From Bacteroidota bacterium (GTDB lineage: Bacteria; Bacteroidota; Bacteroidia; Bacteroidales; JAAAOM01), in NCBI GenBank assembly GCA_009908855.1, contig JAAAOM010000033.1, positions 7,200-71,199 on the forward strand: 64,000 nt of DNA. Reading direction: 5' to 3'. The translations under genes were made by a program, and so were the position numbers. Of this stretch, positions 1 to 8,851 are shown in pieces. A model generated the notes under the pieces. The model was not told the DNA's origin. It saw nothing but the letters and a program-made list of their open reading frames with translations, and did no database searches. Within the stretch, counting starts at the first letter, position 1, and every line of letters starts with the position of its first letter.

Positions 1-2
1 TA

Positions 3-467
3 ATGATTGTAGAACCTGAAAAGTTTGTGATTGAATTTGCCCGACTCGGTGCACATTTTATAACTGTACATTATGAAACCTGTCCGCATTTACACAGGTT
101 GATTGAATTGATAAAATCGAATGGTGTGAAAGCTGGTGTAACCGTAAATCCCCACACCCCTGTTCAGGTACTCGAAGAAATCATACCTTATGTCGATATG
201 ACACTGATCATGTCGGTTAATCCCGGTTTTGGCGGACAAAAATTTATCCCAACCACCCTGGATAAAGTTGCCAAATTAAAAGCCATGCGCGACCAATTAA
301 ACCCTGGTATGCTCATTGAAATAGATGGTGGTGTATCCTTGCAAAATGCCGATCAGTTATACGCAGCCGGTGTGGATGTTTTGGTAGCGGGTAGTAGTGT
401 ATTTCAAAACGGTAGTATAGCTAACAACATCAAACAATTTAAAGAAGCAGGTAATAAGTTTGCCTGA
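3..467 (+). CDS. rpe: Ribulose-phosphate 3-epimerase (5' end outside window)
   Basis: Motifs MSVNPGFGGQKF, IEIDGGV, LVAGSSVF. Confidence 0.97.
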   Translation: MIVEPEKFVIEFARLGAHFITVHYETCPHLHRLIELIKSNGVKAGVTVNPHTPVQVLEEIIPYVDMTLIMSVNPGFGGQKFIPTTLDKVAKLKAMRDQLNPGMLIEIDGGVSLQNADQLYAAGVDVLVAGSSVFQNGSIANNIKQFKEAGNKFA

Positions 468-505
468 AGCATATTTTTGCATTAATTTTGTGGTCATTCC
501 TTCAT

Positions 506-898
506 GGGGCCGACATGGTTTCGACAGCAGGTACATGGAGATGTAAGCATGCCGAGCCACGCATTAACGCTCGTTAATCAGGGATGCAACACTTTTAAAC
601 GGCGAAAATAACTACGCGCTTGCTGCGTAATCGAAGTAACAGTAGATTACCTTAATCCCGGTTCAAGGAACCAGGACAAGCTGTCTCTCTGAGACCCTTC
701 CCGGCGGCCTCAGACCAAGAGACACCGAAAAGTTGGGATAGCCAGGTGATTGCCTCGGTCATTTGGTGAAATTTAAGAGGCTACGGTTTAAGTAGGTAGT
801 CTGTGGCCGGCTTAAACCCGACAATAAAGCACGGACTAAGCATGTAGAAAGCATGTTTGTGGCCTGTTTGGACGGCGGTTCGATTCCGCCCGGCTCCA
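506..898 (+). ncRNA. ssrA: tmRNA
   Basis: 5' GGGGCCG pairs with 3' CGGCTCC-A (G.U at position 3); T-arm GGCGGTTCGATTCCGCC; tag frame 601-630 encodes GENNYALAA*. Confidence 0.98.
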
Positions 899-901
899 CA
901 A

Positions 902-933
902 AATCAGTTTGGAGTGTGAGTATTGAGCAAGAG
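902..933 (+). repeat. 32-bp direct repeat, copy 1 (copy 2 at 1345-1376)
   Basis: AATCAGTTTGGAGTGTGAGTATTGAGCAAGAG is identical at both sites; 901-910 is also an inverted repeat with 951-960. Confidence 0.95.
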
Positions 934-998
934 CGAAATACGAACACGAGAAACTGATTTTGTCCCTCAATACACAAACACCAACTCAAACTAACTCG

Positions 999-1346
999 AT
1001 GTTTGATTTTGAAAAATTGGAAGTATACAAAAAAGCCAAGTCATATAACCGATCGGTTAGTGATTTCTTAGCCAAAGATACTGTTGACAAAGTTACCTAT
1101 GACCAGCTCAAGAGAGCTTCTTTCAGTATCATGCTAAATATTGCCGAAGGTGCCGGAAGGTTTACCAATAAAGATAAACGAAACTTTTATGTTATCGCCA
1201 GGGGATCGGTTTTCGAATGTGTGGCCATTTTTGATTTCCTGAACGATGAACATAAAATTGATGAATTCTTTTTCAATGACTTTTACAAAGCCCTCGAAGA
1301 AATTTCCAAAATGCTCTTTGCTTTGATTAAAAGCCTGGAACGGTAA
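999..1346 (+). CDS. Four-helix-bundle protein (23S rRNA intervening-sequence protein / bAvd-like family)
   Basis: MFDFEKLEVYKKA...DQLKRASFSIMLNIAEGAGR...FYVIARGSVFEC signature; ATG at 999 preferred over TTG at 960. Confidence 0.93.
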   Translation: MFDFEKLEVYKKAKSYNRSVSDFLAKDTVDKVTYDQLKRASFSIMLNIAEGAGRFTNKDKRNFYVIARGSVFECVAIFDFLNDEHKIDEFFFNDFYKALEEISKMLFALIKSLER

Positions 1347-1376
1347 TCAGTTTGGAGTGTGAGTATTGAGCAAGAG
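1345..1376 (+). repeat. 32-bp direct repeat, copy 2, followed by degenerate GCAAGAG units to ~1406
   Basis: Exact match to 902-933; overlaps the stop codon of the four-helix-bundle gene. Confidence 0.95.
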
Positions 1377-1431
1377 TTAATAGCAAGAGTAGCGGGCAAG
1401 AGTGAGCTACAATTGATACAAGCTTATGAAA

Positions 1432-2310
1432 TTAATCTTCCAGAAATCCGAATTTTCCACTATTAAAATCCAAAAACGCTTGCTTTAATTCTTCTTTGGT
1501 ATTCATTACAAACGGGCCATGCGCAGCAATGGGTTCACCAATGGGGTTGCCACTTAATACCAATACCACCGACTTCTCAGCTGCTTCAATTTCAAAATTT
1601 TCACCATCATTAGCCATAAGTACCAGATTATCTGTTGGAACTTCTTCTTCACCATTTACTTTGATGCTACCTTCAATCACCAACAAAGCAGTATTGTAAT
1701 GTCCTGGGAAATTGAAAGCCGCTTTACCTCCTGTATTTAACTTTGCATTAAACATGTGAATGAGCGTAAAGGTAGATGCTACTCCTTTAGTACCCTTATA
1801 TTCTCCTGCAATAACTTCGATAACACCACCATTTTCTGCTAGTTCATAGCGACTTATCCTGTCATTACGGATATCCTGGTATTTGGGAGCGCTCATTTTG
1901 TCCTTTTTGGGCAGATTCACCCACAGTTGCACCATTTGAAAATCGCCCCCTTTTTTACTCCACTGCTCTTCATGGTATTCTTTATGCAGAATGCCCCTGG
2001 CGGCTGTCATCCATTGAACATCTCCCTCGCCAATTACTCCGCCACCACCGCTACTGTCATGGTGAGCAACTTTACCTTTGTAGGCAATGGTTACGGTTTC
2101 AAATCCCCTGTGAGGGTGTACTCCTACTCCTCTTGGTTTATCAGCAGGCGGAAAGTGATATTTTGAATTATAATCCATCAGGATAAATGGATCCATTCTT
2201 TCCATATCAAGCCTGTACCCGCTTGGGATAAAATTGTGTACTCTAAACCCGTCCCCTACGAAATGAGGCTCTCTTGGTCTCGCTACTAATTCTACTGTAC
2301 GTGTTTTCAT
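1432..2310 (-). CDS. Pirin family protein
   Basis: DPFILMD, HPHRGFETVT, VQWMTAARGILHKE, QLWVNLP, GPFVMNT; likely start MKTRTVE at 2310. Confidence 0.95.
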   Translation of the reverse strand: MKTRTVELVARPREPHFVGDGFRVHNFIPSGYRLDMERMDPFILMDYNSKYHFPPADKPRGVGVHPHRGFETVTIAYKGKVAHHDSSGGGGVIGEGDVQWMTAARGILHKEYHEEQWSKKGGDFQMVQLWVNLPKKDKMSAPKYQDIRNDRISRYELAENGGVIEVIAGEYKGTKGVASTFTLIHMFNAKLNTGGKAAFNFPGHYNTALLVIEGSIKVNGEEEVPTDNLVLMANDGENFEIEAAEKSVVLVLSGNPIGEPIAAHGPFVMNTKEELKQAFLDFNSGKFGFLED

Positions 2311-2383
2311 AACTGTAATATTTAAATACATCACAAAAATACCCCATATCGGCCTCCGTTGCATTGATGTATGTTAAGAACGT

Positions 2384-2974
2384 TTATTGCTTGTTTTTTC
2401 GCGCTAATTCTTTACGTACGCGGCTTAACCCCTCCGGTGTTATGCCAAGGTATGATGCGACCATTTTTTGTGGAACACGAAGAAGAACATCCGGATACAT
2501 TTTAACAAATGTCAAATACCTGTCTTCGGCCAGGGCGCTTAACAACAGGTTAACTCTGTTTTGAAGGTGACGTATTTGATTGTGCAGCAACCGGTTGTTA
2601 AAATCACGAAAAGCCGGTATTTTCTTTTCCAGTACCCGAATAAACTCTTCATCAATTAAAACAACTTGTGTCTCTTCAAGGGCCTGAATAAAGTATTGAG
2701 AGGGTTGATTAAAGTAAACACTCTCCCTGTCGGAAACAAACCAGTTTTCCGGGGCAAATTGCAGTATATGCTCTTTTCCAGCCGGGTCTATGGAGTATTG
2801 GCGAATTAATCCCTTTTCCACAAAAAAAGTATGACTACAAACCATTCCTGGTTGAAAAAGCAACTCATCCTTTTTATAAACGCGCCTGTTACAATCCTCT
2901 GTTAATGCCGAAATATCATTTGCTTCAACATTTAAATTCGATGTAAGAAAACTTGTGAAGCTAAATTCTTTCAT
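2384..2974 (-). CDS. Crp/Fnr family transcriptional regulator
   Basis: cNMP-binding domain (FFVEKGLIRQY, GKEHILQF) and C-terminal HTH (VPQKMVASYLGITPEGLSRVR). Confidence 0.93.
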   Translation of the reverse strand: MKEFSFTSFLTSNLNVEANDISALTEDCNRRVYKKDELLFQPGMVCSHTFFVEKGLIRQYSIDPAGKEHILQFAPENWFVSDRESVYFNQPSQYFIQALEETQVVLIDEEFIRVLEKKIPAFRDFNNRLLHNQIRHLQNRVNLLLSALAEDRYLTFVKMYPDVLLRVPQKMVASYLGITPEGLSRVRKELARKNKQ

Positions 2975-3028
2975 TGACACTTGACATTTACGACTATGTT
3001 AACATAATTATGGCATGAGGAGTTCAAT
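2895..3028. repeat. 134-bp direct repeat, copy 1 (5' end and upstream region of the Crp/Fnr gene)
   Basis: Aligns without gaps to 5127-5260 with 4 mismatches. Confidence 0.95.
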
Positions 3029-3418
3029 TAAATTGAGAACAGCTGGTCCATTTTCCATTTACATGGATTAAATGTGCGTTAAGCTAAAATTGTCATAACT
3101 ATATCCAGATCAAATTGGATTTATACACAATCTTATCTGAACGAGGATGGTTTGACAAAACAAACCCGTACAAATGGCTGAAAAAAACATGATGTTTATG
3201 TATGGCGGCTTAAATCCGGTGGGAGAGCTAAAGATTTTGAATTTTTATCATCCAATGACCTGCCTAAAAAGGGTGTATTAAGAAAATTTACTGCATTACA
3301 AATCCTGAAGTACCCGTGACGGCATTTGAAAAAAAACTTTTTAAATCCATTTGTGAAAAATATCAACCAAATCGTTCCTTGCGATTATCATTATAAAATA
3401 TTTGTTATTTTTGAACCC

Positions 3419-3590
3419 TCATTGGTTTTCAATCCCGATAGCTGTCGGGAGAAATTAAAAGGGAATGCCGTGAAATTCAGCAACAGTTCCCGCTGCTGTG
3501 AGCTCCGGATAATGTTTTAGTAATTTGCCACTCTTAATCAATTAAGGGGAAGGTGCTAAAACAGGAGTAAGTCAGAAGACCTGCCGATGA
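3419..3590 (+). promoter_or_regulatory. Cobalamin riboswitch
   Basis: AAAAGGGAAT-GCCGTGAAATTC, CCCGCTGCTGTGA, GCCACT, GGGAAGG and AAGTCAGAAGACCTGCC (B12 box) in canonical order; TATTTTTG -7 promoter box at 3406-3413. Confidence 0.92.
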
Positions 3591-3793
3591 AACATAGATA
3601 TTGCAGTCTGCGGAGAACAGATAACTAATCAGAACAATGTTTCGTTAGCCTTCCTCCTGCATTGTATGTTGCAAAATCTAAAAAACTGTGTTTATCAATA
3701 ATAGTAGTCATGGTAAATAAAATACTAATTGACTTTTTGAGCCAAATTATCATGCCTGAATGTGATGTTTCGTTAACAATAAATAATTAATCA

Positions 3794-4801
3794 ATGAAAA
3801 AAATAAGCATGAAAGACTGGATAAACAAACGATTGGAATCAGAAAAACGTGAAATGATGCCTGTTATGACATATCCAGGGTTGGAATTTACCGGAAAAAA
3901 AATTATTGACCTTGTAACCAATGGTGAAGAACACTTCAGGTGCATTGAAGCTCTGGCAAAATACTATCCGACCATTGCCAGTGTTATAGTTATGGACCTT
4001 TCTGCAGAGGCAGAAGCCTTTGGTTCAAAAATTTCCTTCCGGAATGATGACGTACCGACTATTGCTGAAAAATTATTACCTCAACTTACTGATGTGGATA
4101 CATTGAATATGCCTGAAGTAGGTGCAGCAAGAACCAATGAGTATCTTAAAGCCGCAGCATTGGCAGCCAATCAAATATCTGACCGACCTACTTTTGCGGG
4201 TATGATCGGTCCCTATTCACTGGCTGGTCGATTGGCTGATATTACAGAAATGATGACATATATCATAATGGACCCTGAAAACTCACATAAACTTTTGAGA
4301 AAGGCTACTGATTTTCTGAAAGAATATGCTATGAAATTTAAACAAACAGGTGCAGATGGAATTGTGGTGGCGGAACCTGCTGCCGGACTATTACCAGCGT
4401 ATATGTGCGACGAATTTTCTTCAGGATATATGAAAGAGATCGTTGACTACGTGCAGGACGATAATTTTTTGGTGATCCTTCATAACTGCGGAAATACGGT
4501 GGAATTGGTAGAATCTATGGTTTCCACCGGTGCCGGGTCATTGCACTTTGGAAACGCGATTAACATGAAAGATATAATGCCTCAGGTTCCGGAAAATATC
4601 ATTGCCATGGGCAACATTGATCCTGCCGGAATTATTAAAAGCAGCACACCTGAACAGGTAAAAAACATAACAGTACAATTATTGAAGGACATGAAACCCT
4701 ATCCAAATTTTGTTTTATCAACCGGATGTGATGTACCCCCAGGTTCACCTAAAGAAAATATTGATGCATTTTTCGATGCCTTACATGTTTTTAACAAATA
4801 G
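3794..4801 (+). CDS. Uroporphyrinogen decarboxylase-fold protein, MtaA/CmuA methylcobamide methyltransferase-like
   Basis: GPYSLAGRL, Zn-type motif ILHNCG, MGNIDP, C-terminal STGCDVP. Confidence 0.85.
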   Translation: MKKISMKDWINKRLESEKREMMPVMTYPGLEFTGKKIIDLVTNGEEHFRCIEALAKYYPTIASVIVMDLSAEAEAFGSKISFRNDDVPTIAEKLLPQLTDVDTLNMPEVGAARTNEYLKAAALAANQISDRPTFAGMIGPYSLAGRLADITEMMTYIIMDPENSHKLLRKATDFLKEYAMKFKQTGADGIVVAEPAAGLLPAYMCDEFSSGYMKEIVDYVQDDNFLVILHNCGNTVELVESMVSTGAGSLHFGNAINMKDIMPQVPENIIAMGNIDPAGIIKSSTPEQVKNITVQLLKDMKPYPNFVLSTGCDVPPGSPKENIDAFFDALHVFNK

Positions 4802-5126
4802 TGAGTATACCTAATAAGTATATACCTGACACTAATTAGATGGTACAAACAATCAAGAAACCTTCAGTCATACTGAGACCTTGATAGCATAAATGCACAT
4901 TAATATAAAAAGTGACATATCAGGGGATAGCCAAAAATTGGAGCGCGTAATCGAAATTTAAATCCGCTACACCCAATTAATTAAACCTGCATGTCATGAG
5001 ACGCGGAGTCGAAGTCTGACACTTATGGTGTATTTTTTGCTGTACTTTGGCATAGTAAGCATATCAATAAGAATCTTTTTAAACCCTATTTTCCAAAATC
5101 TTCAGGCAACCTGACCGCCTCGCTTC

Positions 5127-5260
5127 TCCTCTGTTAATGCTGAAATATCATTTTCTTCAACATTTAAATTCGATGTAAGAAAACTTGTAAAGCTAAAATC
5201 TTTCATTGACACTTGACATTTACGACTATGTTAACATAATTATGGCATGAGGAGTTCAAT
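5127..5260. repeat. 134-bp direct repeat, copy 2 (orphan 5' fragment of the Crp/Fnr gene)
   Basis: 130/134 identical to 2895-3028. Confidence 0.95.
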
Positions 5261-5485
5261 AATTTGAAAATTGGCAAGAAAAAATTTAAATGGGGGTCGG
5301 ATTATTTTCCTGATGATAAAAAACCGATAGTCATATTTTGTTTTACTGGTAGTGATATAAATCATCTGTGTTTATTTTCAGAGTTCCTTAAAGTCTGCTA
5401 AATTTATATAAACCCAACACTAACTCACCTCTTATCTAATAGTATATCCATTGATCATTTGTAATGTCAAATTTTTTTAAAGAAT

Positions 5486-7915
5486 ATGATTATGAGTAAA
5501 AGTATCTTATACGTGACGCTTCATTTTATCACGTGCGTTTTATACGGTCAATTAACAGTTAGTTCGGAAAATAATCTTTCTACAGCACCTATATTTCCCA
5601 ATAGCATTGCTGCCGATTGGGGAGATATAGATGGTAATGGCAATCCGGATATTGTGAGCGAAATAGCAGATCCCGGCACTAAATATTTAGGAACCGTAAC
5701 AGATTTGTTAAGTACCGCTAATTTTACTGCACAAGATCATATTGACCAGGAAAATAACAATTTTTACGGCAATACGCTTGCCGATCTGGACGGTGACGGT
5801 GACCTTGATCTTATAACAACAGGCCCCAACGGAACTATTTATAGCCCGAATAATATTTACTATTGGAATGCTGATTCGTCCAGGTTTGAATTTAAAGGCT
5901 CAGCATATTCCATTGATAATAAGTCTTTTTATGGTCGTACCGTAGTTACAGGGGATTTCAATAACGATACCAAACCCGATGTCATGTGGTTTGGCGGCTC
6001 CAAATACTATGTAGGTATGAATGCCACAACAACAACCGATAGTATCAAGTTAAGCTCAATAACAGCGTCTTCCACTACAATAGAAACCCCCAATAATGGG
6101 AATTACTCGAGTGATACAGGTGATTTTAACAATGATGGCAACCTGGATGTAATAACCGTGGATGCTGGTTATTATTCCGGTGATTATGGTGGTTATTATC
6201 AATTGTTGTTGGGAAATGGCGATAGCACTTTTAGTTATATAAGCCCCTCAAATGGCACTGATAGTTTGAAAGCGTTTTCTGTTGCTGCCGGGGATGTGAA
6301 TGCAGACGGAAAATCTGATTTTGTGCTGGTAAGGAGTGATTTATTTGATGATCGATGTGAAGTAATAATATATACACGAAACAGTGCGAATACCGGATTC
6401 GAACAAACCATCCTGGTATCCTCTACATCGTTTCACAGCCGTGGAGTGGTTATAGATGATATAAATAATGACTCCTATCCCGATATTCTTCTTCAAACAA
6501 ATAATGGCAATGCTATTTCAATATTCTTAAACCAGGGGGACGGAACCTTCCCGGCGACAGAGGAGCTTACATTTTATCCTTCTGATAGGGCCATGTTTTT
6601 TGTTCATGACGTGGATGGCGCAGGTTATAAAGATGTTATCACCCTTGATTATTCAAGCATTACCTATTATTCATTGGGGCTTGAACCGGACAAGCCCGTT
6701 GCTAATGATGGTGAGTACAAGTATGATGGCACGGAAAAAAGCGCTTCGGCCGATTCACCATCCGGTGACTCCATAGTATGGTATACCAACTCTTATGGAA
6801 GCACCACAACTAACGCGCCAACAGCAACTAATGTGGGAACATATAGTGCCTACGCAGCTGCCAGGGATACGGCAACCGGATTTGAAAGTTCATCAAGAAC
6901 GTTGGTCACCCTCACCATCGATAAGGCACCTCTCTCAGTAACCAATGCCACTGCCGCCGACAAAACATATGACGGTAATACGGAGGCTGCGATATCCGGA
7001 GCCATACTGGAAGGGGTAGTCGGTTCGGAGGATGTGTCGCTGGCAAATGATGCTACAGGTACTTTTGCTTCCGCCAACCCGGGTACAGCCATTGCCGTTT
7101 CAACATCCATGACACTTGAAGGTGCCGATAAAGGCAATTATACCCTGTCTCAACCAGCCCTTACAGCCGATATCAGTGCCAGGGAACTGACAGTAACCAA
7201 TGCCACTGCCGCCGACAAAACATATGACGGTAATACGGAGGCTGCGATATCCGGAGCCATACTGGAAGGGGTAGTCGGTTCGGAGGATGTGTCGCTGGCA
7301 AATGATGCTACAGGTACTTTTGCTTCCGCCAACCCGGGTACAGCCATTGCCGTTTCAACATCCATGACACTTGAAGGTGCCGATAAAGACAATTATACCC
7401 TGTCTCAACCAGCCCTTACAGCCGATATCACAAAAAGACCGCTGGGAATTAAAGCTGATCCGAATCAAAGCAAAATTGTCGGGACAACAGACCCTGACTT
7501 TACTTATACCATTACAAGTGGTAACCTGGTAAATGGCGATAAGCTGTCCGGGAAGTTAAGCCGTGAAAAAGGTGAAACGGTTGGCTCTTACCAAATTAAA
7601 CAGGGGACACTCAGTGCCGGTGATAATTATGAGATATCATTTGTGGGTGCTGAATTTGAGATAGTAGCCGCTACTGATATCAATACCCATGAATCCAATA
7701 ATATCCGCTTTTACCCCAATCCAACCAACGGCATATTATATGTTGATACTGAACAGGCCTATATCAAAGTATTCGACATGAATGGAACATTGATATTCGA
7801 AACCCAATTGAACCGTTCCAGGAAGATTGATATTAGTAACACTTCCCCAGGTGCTTACTTAATCCTTTTAACCACTGATAACGGCGTAATAAAGCATATA
7901 ATTATGAAAAAATAG
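5486..7915 (+). CDS. T9SS-secreted protein with FG-GAP/VCBS beta-propeller, two YDG domains and an MBG domain
   Basis: Signal peptide; repeated (G/A)D(F/L/I)(N/D)xDGxxD motifs; DKTYDG x2; YPNPTNG type A C-terminal sorting domain. Confidence 0.9.
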   Translation: MIMSKSILYVTLHFITCVLYGQLTVSSENNLSTAPIFPNSIAADWGDIDGNGNPDIVSEIADPGTKYLGTVTDLLSTANFTAQDHIDQENNNFYGNTLADLDGDGDLDLITTGPNGTIYSPNNIYYWNADSSRFEFKGSAYSIDNKSFYGRTVVTGDFNNDTKPDVMWFGGSKYYVGMNATTTTDSIKLSSITASSTTIETPNNGNYSSDTGDFNNDGNLDVITVDAGYYSGDYGGYYQLLLGNGDSTFSYISPSNGTDSLKAFSVAAGDVNADGKSDFVLVRSDLFDDRCEVIIYTRNSANTGFEQTILVSSTSFHSRGVVIDDINNDSYPDILLQTNNGNAISIFLNQGDGTFPATEELTFYPSDRAMFFVHDVDGAGYKDVITLDYSSITYYSLGLEPDKPVANDGEYKYDGTEKSASADSPSGDSIVWYTNSYGSTTTNAPTATNVGTYSAYAAARDTATGFESSSRTLVTLTIDKAPLSVTNATAADKTYDGNTEAAISGAILEGVVGSEDVSLANDATGTFASANPGTAIAVSTSMTLEGADKGNYTLSQPALTADISARELTVTNATAADKTYDGNTEAAISGAILEGVVGSEDVSLANDATGTFASANPGTAIAVSTSMTLEGADKDNYTLSQPALTADITKRPLGIKADPNQSKIVGTTDPDFTYTITSGNLVNGDKLSGKLSREKGETVGSYQIKQGTLSAGDNYEISFVGAEFEIVAATDINTHESNNIRFYPNPTNGILYVDTEQAYIKVFDMNGTLIFETQLNRSRKIDISNTSPGAYLILLTTDNGVIKHIIMKK
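6936..7430 (+). repeat. Intragenic tandem duplication, period 255 bp (85 aa YDG domain)
   Basis: 6936-7175 and 7191-7430 differ at one base (AAAGGCAAT vs AAAGACAAT). Confidence 0.95.
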
Positions 7916-7943
7916 TGGTAGAAATGTAATTAGACAATGTATT

Positions 7944-7970
7944 AAACCCGGATTTTTTCCGGGTTTTTTA
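7944..7970 (+). terminator. Rho-independent terminator
   Basis: AAACCCGGA-TTTTT-TCCGGGTTT followed by a T run, ~30 bp after the stop codon. Confidence 0.85.
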
Positions 7971-8440
7971 ATGCTTTATTGTGAAACCTACCTTCATTAA
8001 ACCATTTATACCTGGATTCAATATGCTATACAAACCGTGAAATAAATTTTGCTTTTTATAAATACTCTGTCATTGTTTTAATCCCAACAAACGAAGTTAA
8101 GCATGTCATGCAAAATGGATTTTCGCACCCTTTTTCAATTACTGAAGACGGAATAAAATATGTACTGGCCAAGCAAAAGAATATAACACAAAAAGATATA
8201 GAAAGGTGAAATACTACTTTATTTTTTTATTAACTTTAATTAATACACCACCTCATTAAACTGTTAGCTTATATCTGTTCGATTCCTCAATTTAAAGGAT
8301 AAATGACTTGTTTATGCAATTAATAAGATTTATAACATCATAAAAAAATTATCTATCAGCCAGAAATTGATGCTCGGAATTGCCGGTCAGGCAGTATTTA
8401 TAGCAATGCTTGTGTTTATTGTTTTAAACCCAGACGGGGA

Positions 8441-8645
8441 ATTTACCCTGATCATTGGTTATGGCAAACCAGGGGGTGTGCAATGAATAGGCCGGGTGAG
8501 CTGCTAAGAAATGACGTATCATCTTCATTTCGAGATAATTAATCCACTTTATTTCAAAATCCAACCTGACCGATAAATAATACATCTATCCGGGTCCCAA
8601 CGACAACCTCGCGAAGCAATCCGATTCAATGGTACATACATAAAA
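8441..8645. repeat. Dispersed ~200-bp degenerate non-coding repeat (relatives at 52970-53160 and 53181-53265)
   Basis: Colinear similarity with an exact 18-mer TAAATAATACATCTATCC (8574-8591 = 53091-53108), plus CGAAGCAATCC and TGATCATTGGT blocks. Confidence 0.8.
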
Positions 8646-8818
8646 GGAAATCTTCAGTCACCCTGTGCTCTTTACCTTCACAAAGTAACTTTGGCGGAGA
8701 CAAGTATATCATCAATCAATGCAATTGATCCAGGAAATTTCAGGCATTAAATAATAAATGATATAAATATCCCTATTTATTGGTATACCATTTATAATAC
8801 CGTGTGTTAATATTGCAG

Positions 8819-8838
8819 TTTAGAATCATTATTAATAA
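8819..8838 (+). promoter_or_regulatory. Possible Fur-box-like operator
   Basis: TTTAGAATCATTATTAATAA imperfect AT-rich dyad just upstream of a predicted iron-uptake operon. Confidence 0.4.
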
Positions 8839-8851
8839 CAAAATGAAAATT

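Noticed and set aside
870-900. Prophage or island integrated at the tmRNA 3' end
   Set aside because: No second copy of the tmRNA 3' end and no integrase were seen in the window.
357-989. Minus-strand ORFs 357-560 and 759-989
   Set aside because: They are antisense to rpe and tmRNA and are shadow ORFs.
3326-3520. 64-aa ORF
   Set aside because: It overlaps the promoter and cobalamin riboswitch, has a TTG start and shows no recognisable protein features.
6850-7392. Two similar minus-strand ORFs
   Set aside because: They are antisense shadows of the duplicated YDG domain.
999-7430. Diversity-generating retroelement (Avd-like gene plus near-identical repeats)
   Set aside because: No reverse transcriptase nearby; the four mismatches in the 134-bp repeat are not adenine-specific on one strand, and the 255-bp repeat is an in-frame domain duplication.
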